Shown here: positions 40,801-51,042 of the stretch, in pieces | Layout of the letters: every line of letters begins with the position of its first letter | Numbering within the stretch: position 1 is the first letter of the stretch | DNA from: Isurus oxyrinchus | Lineage: Eukaryota | DNA length: 64,000 bases | Reading direction: 5' to 3' | NCBI GenBank assembly: GCA_026770705.1 | Contig: JANJGN010000016.1 | Location: 88,226,001 to 88,290,000, forward strand | Position numbers and translations under genes: made by a program | The notes under the pieces: generated by a model | What the model saw: the letters and a program-made list of their open reading frames with translations, nothing else | What the model was told of the DNA's origin: nothing | Database searches by the model: none

Positions 40801-42230
40801 TCAGGCAAGTGGGTGAGGGGGTTGAGTGCCAGGTAAGTGGGTGAGGGGGTGGGGTGGCAGGCAAGTGGGCAAGGGGGTAGGGTGCCAGGTACTTGGGTGA
40901 GGGGCATGGTGTCAGGTAAGTGGGTGAGAGGGTTCAGTGTAAGGCAAGTGGGATAGGGGATAGAGTGTCAGGTAAGTGGGTGAGGGGATAGGGTGGCAGG
41001 CAAGTGGGTCAGGGGGAATTATGGCAGGCAAATAGGGGAGGGGCTAGTGTGTCAGGTAGGTGGGTGAGAGGGGAGGGTGACAGGCAAGTTGGTGAGTGGT
41101 TAGTGTGTCAGGTAATGGGGTGAGTGGTTAGTGTGTCAGGTAATGGGGTGAGTGGGTGGAGTGTCAGGTAAATGGGTCAGGGTTAGGTTGGCAGGCAGGT
41201 TGGTGAGGGGTGGGGTGGCAGGCAAGTGGGTGAGTGTGTAGAGTAGACTGTCAGATAGGTTGATGAGGCCGTAGCATGACAGGCAAGGTGGTGAGGGGGT
41301 AGGGTGGCAGGAAAATGGGTGAGTGGGTAGAATGTCAGGGAACTTGGTGATGGTGTAGCGTAACAGGCAAGTGGGTGAGGTGGTAGTACGTCAGGTAAGT
41401 GGATGAGAGGGTAGAGTGTCAGGAAATTGGGTGAGGTTGTAGGGTGGGTGGCAAGTGGTTGAGAGGGTAGTGTGTCAGGAAAGTGGATAATGGGGTAGTG
41501 TGTCAGGTAAGTGTGTGACGGGCAAGGTATCAGGTAAGTGCGTGAGGGGATAGAGTGTCAGGTAAGTGGCTGAGGGGGTAGGGTGGCATGCTAGTGGGTG
41601 AGGGGGTTGAGTGTCAGGGAAGTGGGTGAGGGGATAGAGTGTCAGGTAAGTGGGTGAGGGGGTAGGGTGGCATGCTAGTGGGTGAGGGGGTTGAGTGTCA
41701 GGTAAGTGGCTGAGGGGGTAGGGTGGCATGCTAGTGGATGAGGGGGTTGAGTGTCAGGGAAGTGGGTGAGGGGGTTGAGTGTCAGGTAAGTGGGTGAGGG
41801 GGTAGGGTGGCATGCTAGTGGGTGAGGGGGTTGAGTGTCAGGTAAGTGGCTGAGGGGTTAGGGTGGCATGCTAGTGGGTGAGGAGGTAGGGTGTCAGGTA
41901 AGTGGGTGAGGGGGCAGAGTGTCAGGTAAGTGGGCGAGGGGGTAGGGTGTCAGGTAAGTGGGTGAGGGGGCAGAGTGTCAGGTAAGTGGGTAAGGGTGTA
42001 GGGTGGTAGGTATGTGGGCGGGAGGATAGGGTGGCAGGTACGTGGGTGAGGGGGTAGGGTGTCAGGTAAGTGGGTAAGGGGATAGGGTGGTAGGTATGTG
42101 GGCGAGAGGATAGGGTGGCAGGTGGGGGGGTGAGTGGATAGGGTGTCAGGCAGGTGGGCTGGGGGTAGAGCATCAGGTAATTGGGCAAGTGGTTAGGGTG
42201 GCAGGTGGGCGGTGAGTGGATAGGGTGGGT
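28873..42230 (+). repeat. G-rich tandem array B, 28-bp unit AGAGTGTCAGGTAAGTGGGTGAGGGGGT (~13.4 kb, roughly 470 units)
   Basis: Clear 28-bp periodicity at 28990-29130. Variants include GGCAGGCAAGT and GGGTAGGGTG. Confidence 0.97.
33447..41600 (+). repeat. 3772-bp higher-order tandem duplication in array B (~2.15 copies)
   Basis: Identical ORFs at offset 3772-3773 (34153/37925, 35032/38804, 35311/39083, 36825/40598). The marker GGGGAATTATGGCAGGCAAATAGGGGAGGGGCT occurs at ~33467, ~37239 and ~41012. Confidence 0.93.
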
Positions 42231-42249
42231 CAGGGCTGGGGTGTTGTTC

Positions 42250-42691
42250 TTGTATTTGGATGGTTCTTGGCTGCTCGGGGGGCTATTGGGGAGGTAGGGG
42301 GTAATCTGTAGGGGCATTCGGGCTGGTGTTCAGGTCGGGTGTCATTGGGGACCAGGGGTGTTCATCAGGTCAGGTGGGTAGCGGAGAGGGTTGTCCTGGG
42401 TATTTTTGGGGGTTGGGGGTTTTAGTCGTCTAGTTACCCAGGAGTTAGAACTGGTTTTAATCCTCCTAACGTTTCCCGGGTAACATTTCCAATCAGTAAG
42501 TCGGAATGATCGGAAGTCTCCGGGCTTTAAGTCAGAGTTTCAGAGGGATCCAGGCACAGGGTAATTTCCCATCGGAAGTTCAGACTTCCTGTATAATTCC
42601 CTTGTAATCAGTGTGTAGGGAATTCCGAGGGGTTCCCCAGTGCATCTTGGCCTGTGCCTCCGGGCTACCGGAGATCGGAATTTCTGGGCCA
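42250..42691. mobile_element. Probable right end of a non-autonomous DNA transposon
   Basis: Ends in CGGAATTTCTGGGCC, similar to the terminus GGAAAATTCTGGCC at 47654-47667. Contains an imperfect internal inverted repeat GTTACCCAGGA..TTCCCGGGTAAC and abuts the L2 sharply. Confidence 0.5.
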
Positions 42692-44140
42692 ATGGATCAG
42701 ACGACCAAAAGCTTGGCCAAAGATGTTGACTTTAAGGAGTGACTTAAAGGAGGAAAGTGAGGGAGAGAGGGGGAGAGGTGTAGGGAGGGAATTCCAGAGC
42801 TTGGGGCCCAGGCAGCTGAAGGCAGGGCCACCAATGGTGGAGCGATTCTGATTAGGAATCCACCAGAGGCCAGGATTAGAGGAGTGCAGATATCTCAGAG
42901 GGTTGTAGGGCTGGAGGAGATTCCAGAGATAGGGAGGGGTGAGGTAATGGAGGGAATTGAAAACAAGGATGGGAATTGGAAAATCAGGATGTTGCTTGAC
43001 CAGGAAACAATGTCGGTCAGTGAGCACAGGGGTGACAGGGGAACAGGACTCGCTGTGAGTTAGGACACGGGCAGCAGAGTTTTGGATGACCCCACGATTG
43101 CGGAGGGTAGAATGTGGGAGAGCAGCCAGGAGTGTATTGGAATAGTCACATCCAGAGGTAACCAAGGCATGGGTGAGGGCTTCAGCAGCTGATGAGCTGA
43201 GACTGGGGTGAAGTTGAGCGATGTTATGGAGGTGGAAATAGGCGGTCTTAGTGATGTCACGAATATGAGGTTGGAAGCTCATCTCAGGGTCAGATGTGAC
43301 CCCAAGGTTGTGAACAGATGGGTTTAATCTCAGACTGTAACCGGGGAGAGGGATGGAGTCAGGAGTTAGAGAACAGAGTTTGGAGTGGGGACTGAAAACA
43401 ATGGCTTCAGTCTTCCCAATATTTAATTGGAGGAATTCCTGTTCACTCAGTACAGGATGTGGGATAAGCAGTCTGATAATTTAGCAACAGTGGAGGAGTT
43501 GAGAGAGGTGGTGGTGAGGTAGAGCTGGGGGTCTTCAGCGTACATGTGAAAACTAACGCTATGCTTTCGGATGATGTGTCTGAGGGGCAGCATGTAGGTG
43601 AGAAATAGGAGGGGCCAAGGATCGATCCTTGGGGGACACCAGAGGTAACGGAGCAGGGACAGTTTTAGCAGATGAGAGGAGGAGCCGGGAGTGTTTGGAG
43701 TGTCCAGCCAGATCTGGCGGTGATGGATAAACCGGTTTCAAGTCTGCCTCCCTTGGATTGAGTGAGTGGAGATGAGGGTGGTAGCAGGGGGAAGGGCCAG
43801 GGTGAGGGAGAGGAATGGTTTTATTGGGGACTAGGATATGAAAGGTGGAGGTGAGGGTGAGGTTGTGTAAATCAGTAGCTGCAGAAATGTTGTGGTGATC
43901 GGAGGGCCAGAGACCAGATCGTTGGGATTGTGAAAGTGCAGTTGTAAGTGAATTGGGGAATAGGTTTTTCCAGGGATGGATACAGAAGGGGGTAGGGTTG
44001 GGCTGTGGAAGGGGGATGTGGGTGGGGAGTGATACAAGGAAGTGATCAGAGATGGTCTTATCTGTGATTGAAACTATGGGAGTAGCGAGACCACGTGAGA
44101 TGGGAAGGTCATGGGGAGGTCGTGAATATGGTTTGGGGAA
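42692..44140 (-). mobile_element. L2-clade LINE, degenerate with internal deletions
   Basis: ORF 42665..43282 has TKTAYFHLHNIA..LVTS..DYSN.LL..QNSAARVLT..GGPAFSCLGPKLWNSLP. The RT core GVPQGSILGP/FHMYAED lies at ~43530-43640. Confidence 0.9.
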
Positions 44141-44272
44141 TTGTGGTTGTGATGACTTTATCCCAGCAATTACCAGATTCTTTTGTGTTTTTAATCTTGT
44201 AAATTCAAGAGATTTGGGATAAAACTGATCATTTTAAAATGATTGATACTTGGCTTTGAACCAAATCTGCTG

Positions 44273-44365
44273 CAGATGTGTCATTGATTGACAGGCGAAC
44301 CAGCCAATCAGGACAATCACTTGCTGAAATGTAACCAATCAGCTGATGGGGAGGTGGGACTTTCC
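44273..44365. promoter_or_regulatory. Candidate 3' enhancer/promoter motif cluster downstream of the Ig kappa poly(A) signal
   Basis: CAGATG 44273-44278; TGATTGACAG 44285-44294; CCAAT at 44304 and 44335; CAGCTG 44340-44345; GGGACTTTCC 44356-44365. Confidence 0.55.
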
Positions 44366-44402
44366 AAAGCACTCACCAGACAGAGACTGAATATTCTTAA
44401 TG

Positions 44403-44408
44403 TTTATT
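44403..44408 (-). terminator. Likely polyadenylation signal (AATAAA) of the Ig light-chain transcript
   Basis: First TTTATT seen downstream of the C-exon stop (~600 nt). Confidence 0.65.
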
Positions 44409-44702
44409 ACCTTTTACACATTGACATTTACAGAAAAAAGACTTGAATAAACAGCCCAGCCAGAGGGAGCTGGAGAAATTCACAGGGAGAATGGAGGTTT
44501 ATCAAAACGCTTGTGGAGATTTTCTCCAGAACATGAGAATCCTGTCCCTTTAAACAGTGACTAAACCTTAAATTGTAACTGCAGGGTGAGCAGGAAGGGG
44601 TCTGGTTTACTGAAGCAGACACTTCGGAGGGTCACATTATTTTTGTACAGCTGACAGTCTTCAGCATCTTAGAGAGGTTTAACTTAGCATCACGAGATTA
44701 AA

Positions 44703-44841
44703 CTGACCCATCAAACACTCCCAAGGCAGGTACAGCACGGGGTTAAATACAGAGTAAAGCTCCCTCTACACTGTCCCATCAAACACTCCCAGGGCAGGTA
44801 CAGCACAGGGTTAGATACAGAGTAAAGATCCCTCTACACTG
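44703..44841 (+). repeat. Two copies of a 68-bp repeat in the predicted 3' UTR
   Basis: CCCATCAAACACTCCCA(A/G)GGCAGGTACAGCAC..GTTA(A/G)ATACAGAGTAAAG.TCCCTCTACACTG at 44707 and 44775. Confidence 0.85.
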
Positions 44842-45001
44842 CACCAATAACGTGCCTTAACCCCTGACCCTCAGAAGTGTCTCAGAGCCGGTCCTGAGAA
44901 GGAAGAGAGTTGTAATTTGGTGCTGACAATGACCTTTGCCCTCCCAGCTCACCCCTGTTCTATTTAAAGTTGTATCTCCTCTGTGGACTGTCTCTAACAC
45001 T

Positions 45002-45330
45002 CTACGCACATTCTGATCTCCTGATGCTCTTGCTGAGGGGAGAGGAAAGACTCTCGTGGGTGACGACACAGGAGAAGCTGGCGTTGGACTCCCAGCCGGA
45101 GCCAGAGAGGGTCAGCAGGCTGCTGACGCTGTAGGTGCTGTCCGAAGCTCGCAGGTAGTTGCTGGTCTGAACCCCGTCCGAAATGGCTGCACCGTCCTTC
45201 TTCCACTCCACCTTCACCTCATCGGGATAGAAGTGATTGGCAAGGCACACCAGGGTGGCAGTGCCCTTGGTCTTGACCTCCTCTGGGGAGGGGGGCAGCA
45301 GGGTCACTGTGGGTGGTGACTTCTCTCTGC
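45002..45330 (-). CDS. IGKC: Immunoglobulin kappa-type (elasmobranch NS4/type III-like) light-chain constant exon
   Basis: Acceptor TTTCAG|GC at 45331/45330, in phase with the J donor. Translation (S)REKSPPTVTLLPPSPEEVKTKGTATLVCLANHFYPDEVKVEWKKDG..STYSVSSLLTLS..FSCVVTHESLSSPLSKSIRRSECA*, with both C1-set cysteines, the Trp, and the penultimate inter-chain Cys. Confidence 0.97.
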
Positions 45331-45479
45331 CTGAAATGGAAGAGGAGGAAGTTTAATCAGTGTCATTATAATGTATTTCAACTTCCCGAATATTAACTGG
45401 GATCAAATCTGTGTAAATGTTTAGATGATGTCAAATTCTTATAATCCATCCAGGCGAATTCTTTTAGCCCGAATGTAAC

Positions 45480-45777
45480 AAACCCAACAGAGAAGGGGCA
45501 GTTTTAGACAATTTCAGGGAATGAATCTGGCCAGGTGGAAGGTGTATCAGTGGGAGAGTATTTGGGTAATAGTGATCATAATTCAGTTAGATTTAGAGCA
45601 GTTATGGAAAAGGATAAAGATAGACCAAGTGTAAAAGTTATAAATTAGGGAAAGGCCAATTTATCTAAGCTGCGATTTGCCGAAATGGACAGGAAACAGC
45701 AACTTGAAGGTAAATCAGTGTCAGAGCAGTGGGAGGTTTTCATGGAGGATTAAGAAATATTGGATGGGATAAAAACA
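45480..45777 (+). mobile_element. CR1 ORF2 endonuclease-region fragment (continues at 47668-47985)
   Basis: EGAVLD..GNESGQVEGVSVGEYLGNSDHNSVRF, containing the APE SDH motif. Confidence 0.8.
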
Positions 45778-45849
45778 GTGCGGAATTATCCCAGATTTGC
45801 ACAAAGTGCAATGGCGGGTGGGAGAAAGATCGTTTTACATCCTCTGTGG

Positions 45850-46406
45850 CCTTGCCACTCTCAGTCTTTCCTCCAAGCAGTGTTCAACATGGAGGGGCAC
45901 TGATTCATCAACTGAGGGAGGGGGTACGTGGTAATCAGGAGGAGGTTTCCTTCCCTGTGTTTGACCTGATGCCATGAGACTTCATGGTGTCCGGAGTGGA
46001 TTTTGAGGATTCCCAGAGCAACTCCCCACTGACTGTATGCCACTGTGTTGCCACCTGTGCTGGGTCTGACCTGCTGGTGGGACAGGACATACCCGGGGAT
46101 GGTGATGGTGGAGTCTGGGTCATTATCTGTAAGGTATGATTCTGTGAACATGACTCTGTCAGGCTGTTGCTTGACTGGTCCGTGAGACAGTTCTCCCACG
46201 TTTGGCACTAGCCCCCAGATGTTAGTAAGGGGGACTTTGCAGGGTCAACGGGGCTGAGATTGCCGTTGTTGTTTCCGGTGCCTAGGTAGATACCGGGTGG
46301 TCAGTCCAGTTTCATTCCTTTTTTGTGACTTTGTAGAAGTTTCTTACAACTGAATGGCGGCTGGGCCACTTCAGAGGGCAGTTAAGAGGCAACACATCGC
46401 TGTGTG
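45850..46406 (-). mobile_element. LINE APE-endonuclease segment, inverted
   Basis: ORF 45861..46208 (KQQPDRVMFTESYL..ITIPGY..RPSTGGNTVAY..LLLITTY) is an APE N-terminal domain. Confidence 0.8.
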
Positions 46407-46407
46407 G

Positions 46408-47391
46408 CACACAGCAACACCTGGAAAATTGCCCAGGTATGTCCTGTACACAAAAAGCAGGACAAATCCAACCTGGCCAATTACCGCCCCATCAGTCTAC
46501 TCTCCATCAACAGTAAAGTGATGTAAGGGGTCATCAACTGTGCTAACAAGTGGCACTTCCTCAGCAATAACCAGCTCACTAACGCCCAGTTTGGGTTCTG
46601 CCAGGGCCGCTCAGCTGCTGACCTCATTACAGCCTCAATTCAGACATGGACAGTGGAGCTGAACTCCCGAGGTGAGGAGAGAGTGACTGTCATAGACATC
46701 AAGGCCGCATTTGACTGAGTGTGGTGTCAAGGACCCGAGCAAAACTGGAGTCAGAGGGAATCGGGGGAAAACTCTTTGTGGGTTGGAGTCATACCTAGCA
46801 GAAAGGAAGATGGTTGTGGTTGTTGGAGGTCAGTCATCTCAGCTCCAGGACATCACTGCAGGAGTTCCTCAGGGTAGTGTCCTCAGCCCAACCATCTACA
46901 GCTGTTTCATCAATGACCTTCCTTCCATCATAAGGTCAGAAGTCAGTGTGTTCGCTGAAGATTGCATAATGTTCAGCACCTCAGATACTGGAGCAGTCCC
47001 TGTACAAATGCAGCAAGTCCTGGACAATATCCAGGCTTGGGCTGACAAGTGGCAAGTAACATACATGCCACACAAGTGCCAGGCAATGACCATTTCCAAC
47101 AAGAGGGAACCCAACCATCGCCCCTTGATGTTCAATGGCATTACCATCACTGAATCCCCCACTATCAATGTCCTGGGGGTTACCATTGAGCAGAAACTGA
47201 AGTGGACTAGCCATATAAATACTGTGGCTACAAGAGCAGGTCAGAGGCTAGGAATCCTGTGACGAGTAACTCACCTCCTGACTCTCCAAAGCCTGTCCAC
47301 CATCTACAAAGCACAAGTCAGGAATGTGTTGGAGTACTCTCCACTTGCCTGGATGAGTGCATCTCCAACAACACTGAAGAAGCTGGACACT
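46408..47391 (+). mobile_element. LINE reverse-transcriptase segment (family 2), 3'-truncated
   Basis: WKIAQVCPVHKK..NYRPISLL, DIKAAFD, AGVPQGSVLSPTIYSCFINDL, FAED, YKAQVRNVLEYSPLAW. Confidence 0.92.
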
Positions 47392-47667
47392 GTATTTAAA
47401 CTGCAGCCGTGCGCACACTTCTCAATGCTTGCAGCCCGGGGCTGCTCCGGTGAAGACTTGGCCCCAAAAACCAAGCAGAGTGCAGCCCCCGATTCGGTGA
47501 CACATTCCTGGGATGCCTTCTGGACACTGTGGAGGCCCATCCTGATGTCCTCTAACCCCGCTCTGGCCACAGGAGGGCCATTAGTTTCAGATTTTTGGCT
47601 GTCTCACCATATTATTCCCACTGCTCACCATGACACCTGACACCAATGGGGCCGGAAAATTCTGGCC

Positions 47668-47985
47668 ATAGTGAGAGAGGAAATATTAATTGTTGAAAAA
47701 TATTCTGAGGGAAATTTTAAACAGCTTTGAGAAAGATACGACTAAGGACAGTCAACATGGACTTGTTAAGGGAAGGCCGTGTCTGACTAAGTTGCTTGAA
47801 TTTTTTGAGGAGGTAACAAGGAGGGTTGATGAGGGGAGCGAGTTTGATGTGGTCTATTAGGATTTTAGCAAGACTTCTGACAAGGTTCCACATGACAGAC
47901 TGCTCAGAAAATTAAAAATTCATGGGATCCCAGGGAAAGGGGCAAGTTGTGTTTCAAATTAATTGAGCGGGAGGAGGTAAATGTT
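47668..47985 (+). mobile_element. CR1 RT fragment
   Basis: QHGLVKGRPCLTKLLEFFEEVTRRVDEGSEFDVVY.DFSK..DKVPHDRL. Confidence 0.88.
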
Positions 47986-48271
47986 TGATTTTAAGCTGGT
48001 TAAATCATATTGGGCTGTTACTTAGACATTTGTAAAGAGGGTTACCACAAATTCAGCACTGAAATGGTTAATAGTAAGAGTGTTTAAAGACTCAGTGTCC
48101 CTCTAAGACACTGTTAAGCTGTCAGGAAGCTCTGACTATTGATCAGCCTGTCCGGGGGAAACAGGTTCACATTAACAATCCTCAGATCACACACACATCG
48201 AGAGAACTTTATCCCAGAATGTTGGAGCACACTTGGATCAACCCACTTCAGAAAGGATTCAGATTGGGTGT

Positions 48272-49725
48272 CATAGAATAAAATGATAGAAAGTTTCTGG
48301 CACAGAAAGAGACCACTCGGCCCATCACGTCTGTGCCACTGAAATACGAGCCGTCCGGCCGAATCCCACTTTCCAGCATTTGGTCTGTAGTCCTCCAGGT
48401 TAAGGCTCTTGAGGTTCGTATCCAGACACCTTTTAAATGGGTTGATGGTTCCTGCCTCTGTGACCCTTTCAGACCGTGAGTTCCAGAGCCTCATCTCCCA
48501 TCTAAACTTTCTCCCAGTCACTATAAATATAACTAATGATTTATCCAGTTGCAGCATAACCTCCTTGCGCTATACCTCGGCTAATGATTGAAAGGATTCC
48601 ATGTTCCTACTTAACCACCTTATCGACCTGTTCTGCTACCTTCAGGTGTCTGGACATTCACCCCAAGGTCCCTCACTTCCTCTACACCTCTCAGTATCTT
48701 CCCAATTATTGTTTATTCCTTTGCTTTGTTTGTCCTCCTCAGATGCATCACCTCACACTTCTCTGGGGAGAATTCCATTTGCCACTTTTCTGTCCACCTG
48801 ACCAGTCCATTGATATCTTCCTACAGCCTACAACAATCCTCCTTGTTATCTACCATGCAGCCAATTTTTGTGTCGCCTGTAAACTCCTTGATCAATCCCC
48901 TACATTTATGTCCAAATCATTAATATACACACAAAAAGCAGGGGACCTAGGCCTGAGCCTTGCATAACCACACTGGAAACAGCCTTCCAGTCACAAAAAC
49001 ACCATCAATAATTACCCTTTGTTCCTGGCCACTGAGCTAATTTTGTATCCAACAGGCCCCATTCCCCTGGACCCCATTGTCTTTTATTTTAAGAACCAGT
49101 CTGCCATGTGGAACCTTCTCAAAAACCTTGCTAAATTCCATGTAGATAACATCAACTACACTACCCTCATCAATCCTCCTTGTTAGTTCCTCAAAAAAGA
49201 TCAACAGATTAGTCAGACATGACTAATCCAAATCCAGGCTGACTGTCCTGGATTAATCTGTGCCTTTCTAAGTGATAGTTTATCCTGCCCATCAGAATTG
49301 ATTCCAATTATTTGACCACCAACGAGGACACAATGACTGGCCTGTAATTATTTGGCTTAAACAAAGGTGTAACATTATCAGACCTCCAATCCTCCGGCAC
49401 CTCACCTGTATCTAGTGAGGATTGGAAAATGAGGATCAGACCCTTCGCAATTTCCTCCCTGGTTTCTGATAACAGCCTGGGGCACATTTCACTCTCAAGG
49501 ATGCTAATCCCCCTCCTACTTCCTCTCTCCCTATGTTTATCACATCCAATATTTCACACTCCTCCTCCATAACAACAATGTCTAATTGTTCCCTTTCTTT
49601 TGTGAAGACAGACACAAAGTATTCATTCAGAACCATACCCACATCCTCCCCCTCCTCACATAGGTTACCTTTTTGGTCTTTTATGGGACCTACTCATCCC
49701 TTAGTTATCCTCTTACTCTAAATGT
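48272..49725 (-). mobile_element. CR1 LINE with multiple internal deletions, 3' end at ~48272
   Basis: LNEYFVSVFTKE (49436..49642), RT fragments, and the CR1 3' tail GATGGGCCGAGTGGTCTCTTTCTGTG..ATTCTATG on the minus strand. Confidence 0.85.
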
Positions 49726-49894
49726 ATTGGGAAAAAAGCTTTGGGTGTTGAAGGTTCTAGATTTCATTTCAAACCTTGCCAGCCAGCACTGGGGTGATGT
49801 TAATGGTGAGGCTTCAATTAGTCTCAGAGTCTGGGGGTCAGACAGGGTCAGTGCGAGGTCAATGGCACCTCACAGGGTCAGCATCAGGAATCTC

Positions 49895-50303
49895 CAACTT
49901 CAAAGAAAGGCTTGCATTTCAATGGCACCTATAACCAACTCAGGATGTCCCAGATTGTTCCACAGCCAACTGTGCACAGCAAGATCCCAGATAGCGGATT
50001 GACAATGACCAGATAATCAGATGTGTAGTGATGCAGATTGAGGGATCAATATTGTCCAGGAAATCCGGGGGAACTCTCCTGCTCTTCTTCTCACAGCGCC
50101 GTGGGATATTTGACATCCCCCTGAGAGGGCAGACCTCAGTTTGTCTCATCTGAAAGACGGCTCCTCTGACAGTGCTGCCCTCCCTCAATACTGCACTGGA
50201 GTCTCAGCCTGGATTATGTGCTCAAGTCTCTGGAATGGGATTTGAACCCACAACATTGTGATTCTGAGGGAAGAGTGCTACCCATTGAGGCACGGCCGAC
50301 ACC
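49895..50303 (-). mobile_element. tRNA-headed Deu-domain SINE (SacSINE1/AmnSINE-like)
   Basis: B-box-like GGGTTCAAATCCC on the minus strand near 50238-50250. Deu-like core CCAGTGCAGTATTGAGGGAGGGCAGCACTGTCAGAGG..CTTTCAGATGAGAC and an L2-type tail AAATGCAAG. Confidence 0.75.
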
Positions 50304-51007
50304 TCATGGTCCAATAGCCAGTCACGTTCACCCTCCTGCCTCACACTTGGAGGAATGAGCCCACTTGGGGAAGGTGGAGCTGTTCCCCAGTCAGAGACAG
50401 TGTCTTCAGGAGAGAGATGGAGAGCAGATTCCGGGAGGTCTGGAGTGTAGAGGGTGACATTTAAACATTCGGGGGAAACGGAGAGTCTCCCCGAAACCCT
50501 GGAACACTGAAGCCACTGGATTGTGGGCCCTGCTCTACCTGTTTGTCATCAGAAATTTGCCAAGAGATAACCAGGGAGTGGAGAGAGCAGAGTTCAAGCT
50601 GGGGGAGGTGGGACCTCGGTGTCTCACTGTGCTGGTGCTGTGATCAGTTATATCAGAGACTGTGAGAGGGAGCCGGAGCTCATATCAAACTCTGCCCGTG
50701 TCTGTCACACTGAGACTGACAGGAGTCTAGTGAGTAATTTCACTCCAAGGTGCAGCAATGTCAGCAGTCTGCAAACGTCCAGATCTCCTCTAGACGGTGG
50801 GTAAAAGTTGGTTATTTCTATCTTGCTGCTTAAAGGGGGGAATGTAATGAAAGAAATACAGCTGGGCACCCTGTTATACACAGTGTTGTTCGCTGAACCA
50901 TTTCATTCACTGCAGCTCCTCACTAACACCTTCAACTATTCAGCATTAGTGTTTGAGAAAGTTTCAGTATTGAAAAGGTTAATAAGGGAGGATTGGGGTT
51001 TACTTAC

Positions 51008-51042
51008 TCAGTCTGAGTTTGGTTCCTTTACCGAACGTAACC
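51008..51042 (-). CDS. IGKJ: Ig kappa-type J segment
   Basis: G GTT ACG TTC GGT AAA GGA ACC AAA CTC AGA CTG A|GTAAGT = VTFGKGTKLRL, with the FGXG motif and a consensus phase-1 donor. Confidence 0.97.

Larger units (their letters stand above)
45778..47667 (+). mobile_element. Internally deleted Harbinger-type element, interrupted by a LINE
   Basis: Imperfect TIRs GTGCGGAATTATCC / GGAAAATTCTGGCC, flanked by ACA/ATA. 47393-47560 has TATTTAAA and a decayed Myb/SANT start (APKTKQSAAP.FGDTFLGCLLDTVEAHPDVL) homologous to 26814 onward. Confidence 0.65.

Noticed and set aside
1-42230. G-rich arrays as immunoglobulin switch-like regions
   Set aside because: They lie beyond the poly(A) signal of a light-chain gene, are G-rich on the strand opposite to Ig sense, lack dense AGCT repeats, and have no downstream C exon in the window.
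28873-42230. Telomere-derived array (TTAGGG/TGAGGG-like words) or human PRDM9 13-mer matches
   Set aside because: TTAGGG occurs only as scattered single variants within a 28-bp period. PRDM9 specificity is lineage-specific, and matches are expected in any such G-rich sequence.
50310-51000. Mammalian-type kappa intronic enhancer near J
   Set aside because: The sequence is unique and has scattered E-boxes and an AP1-IRF-like TGAGTAATTTC (50731-50741), but no kB consensus or convincing cluster was seen, so it is not called.
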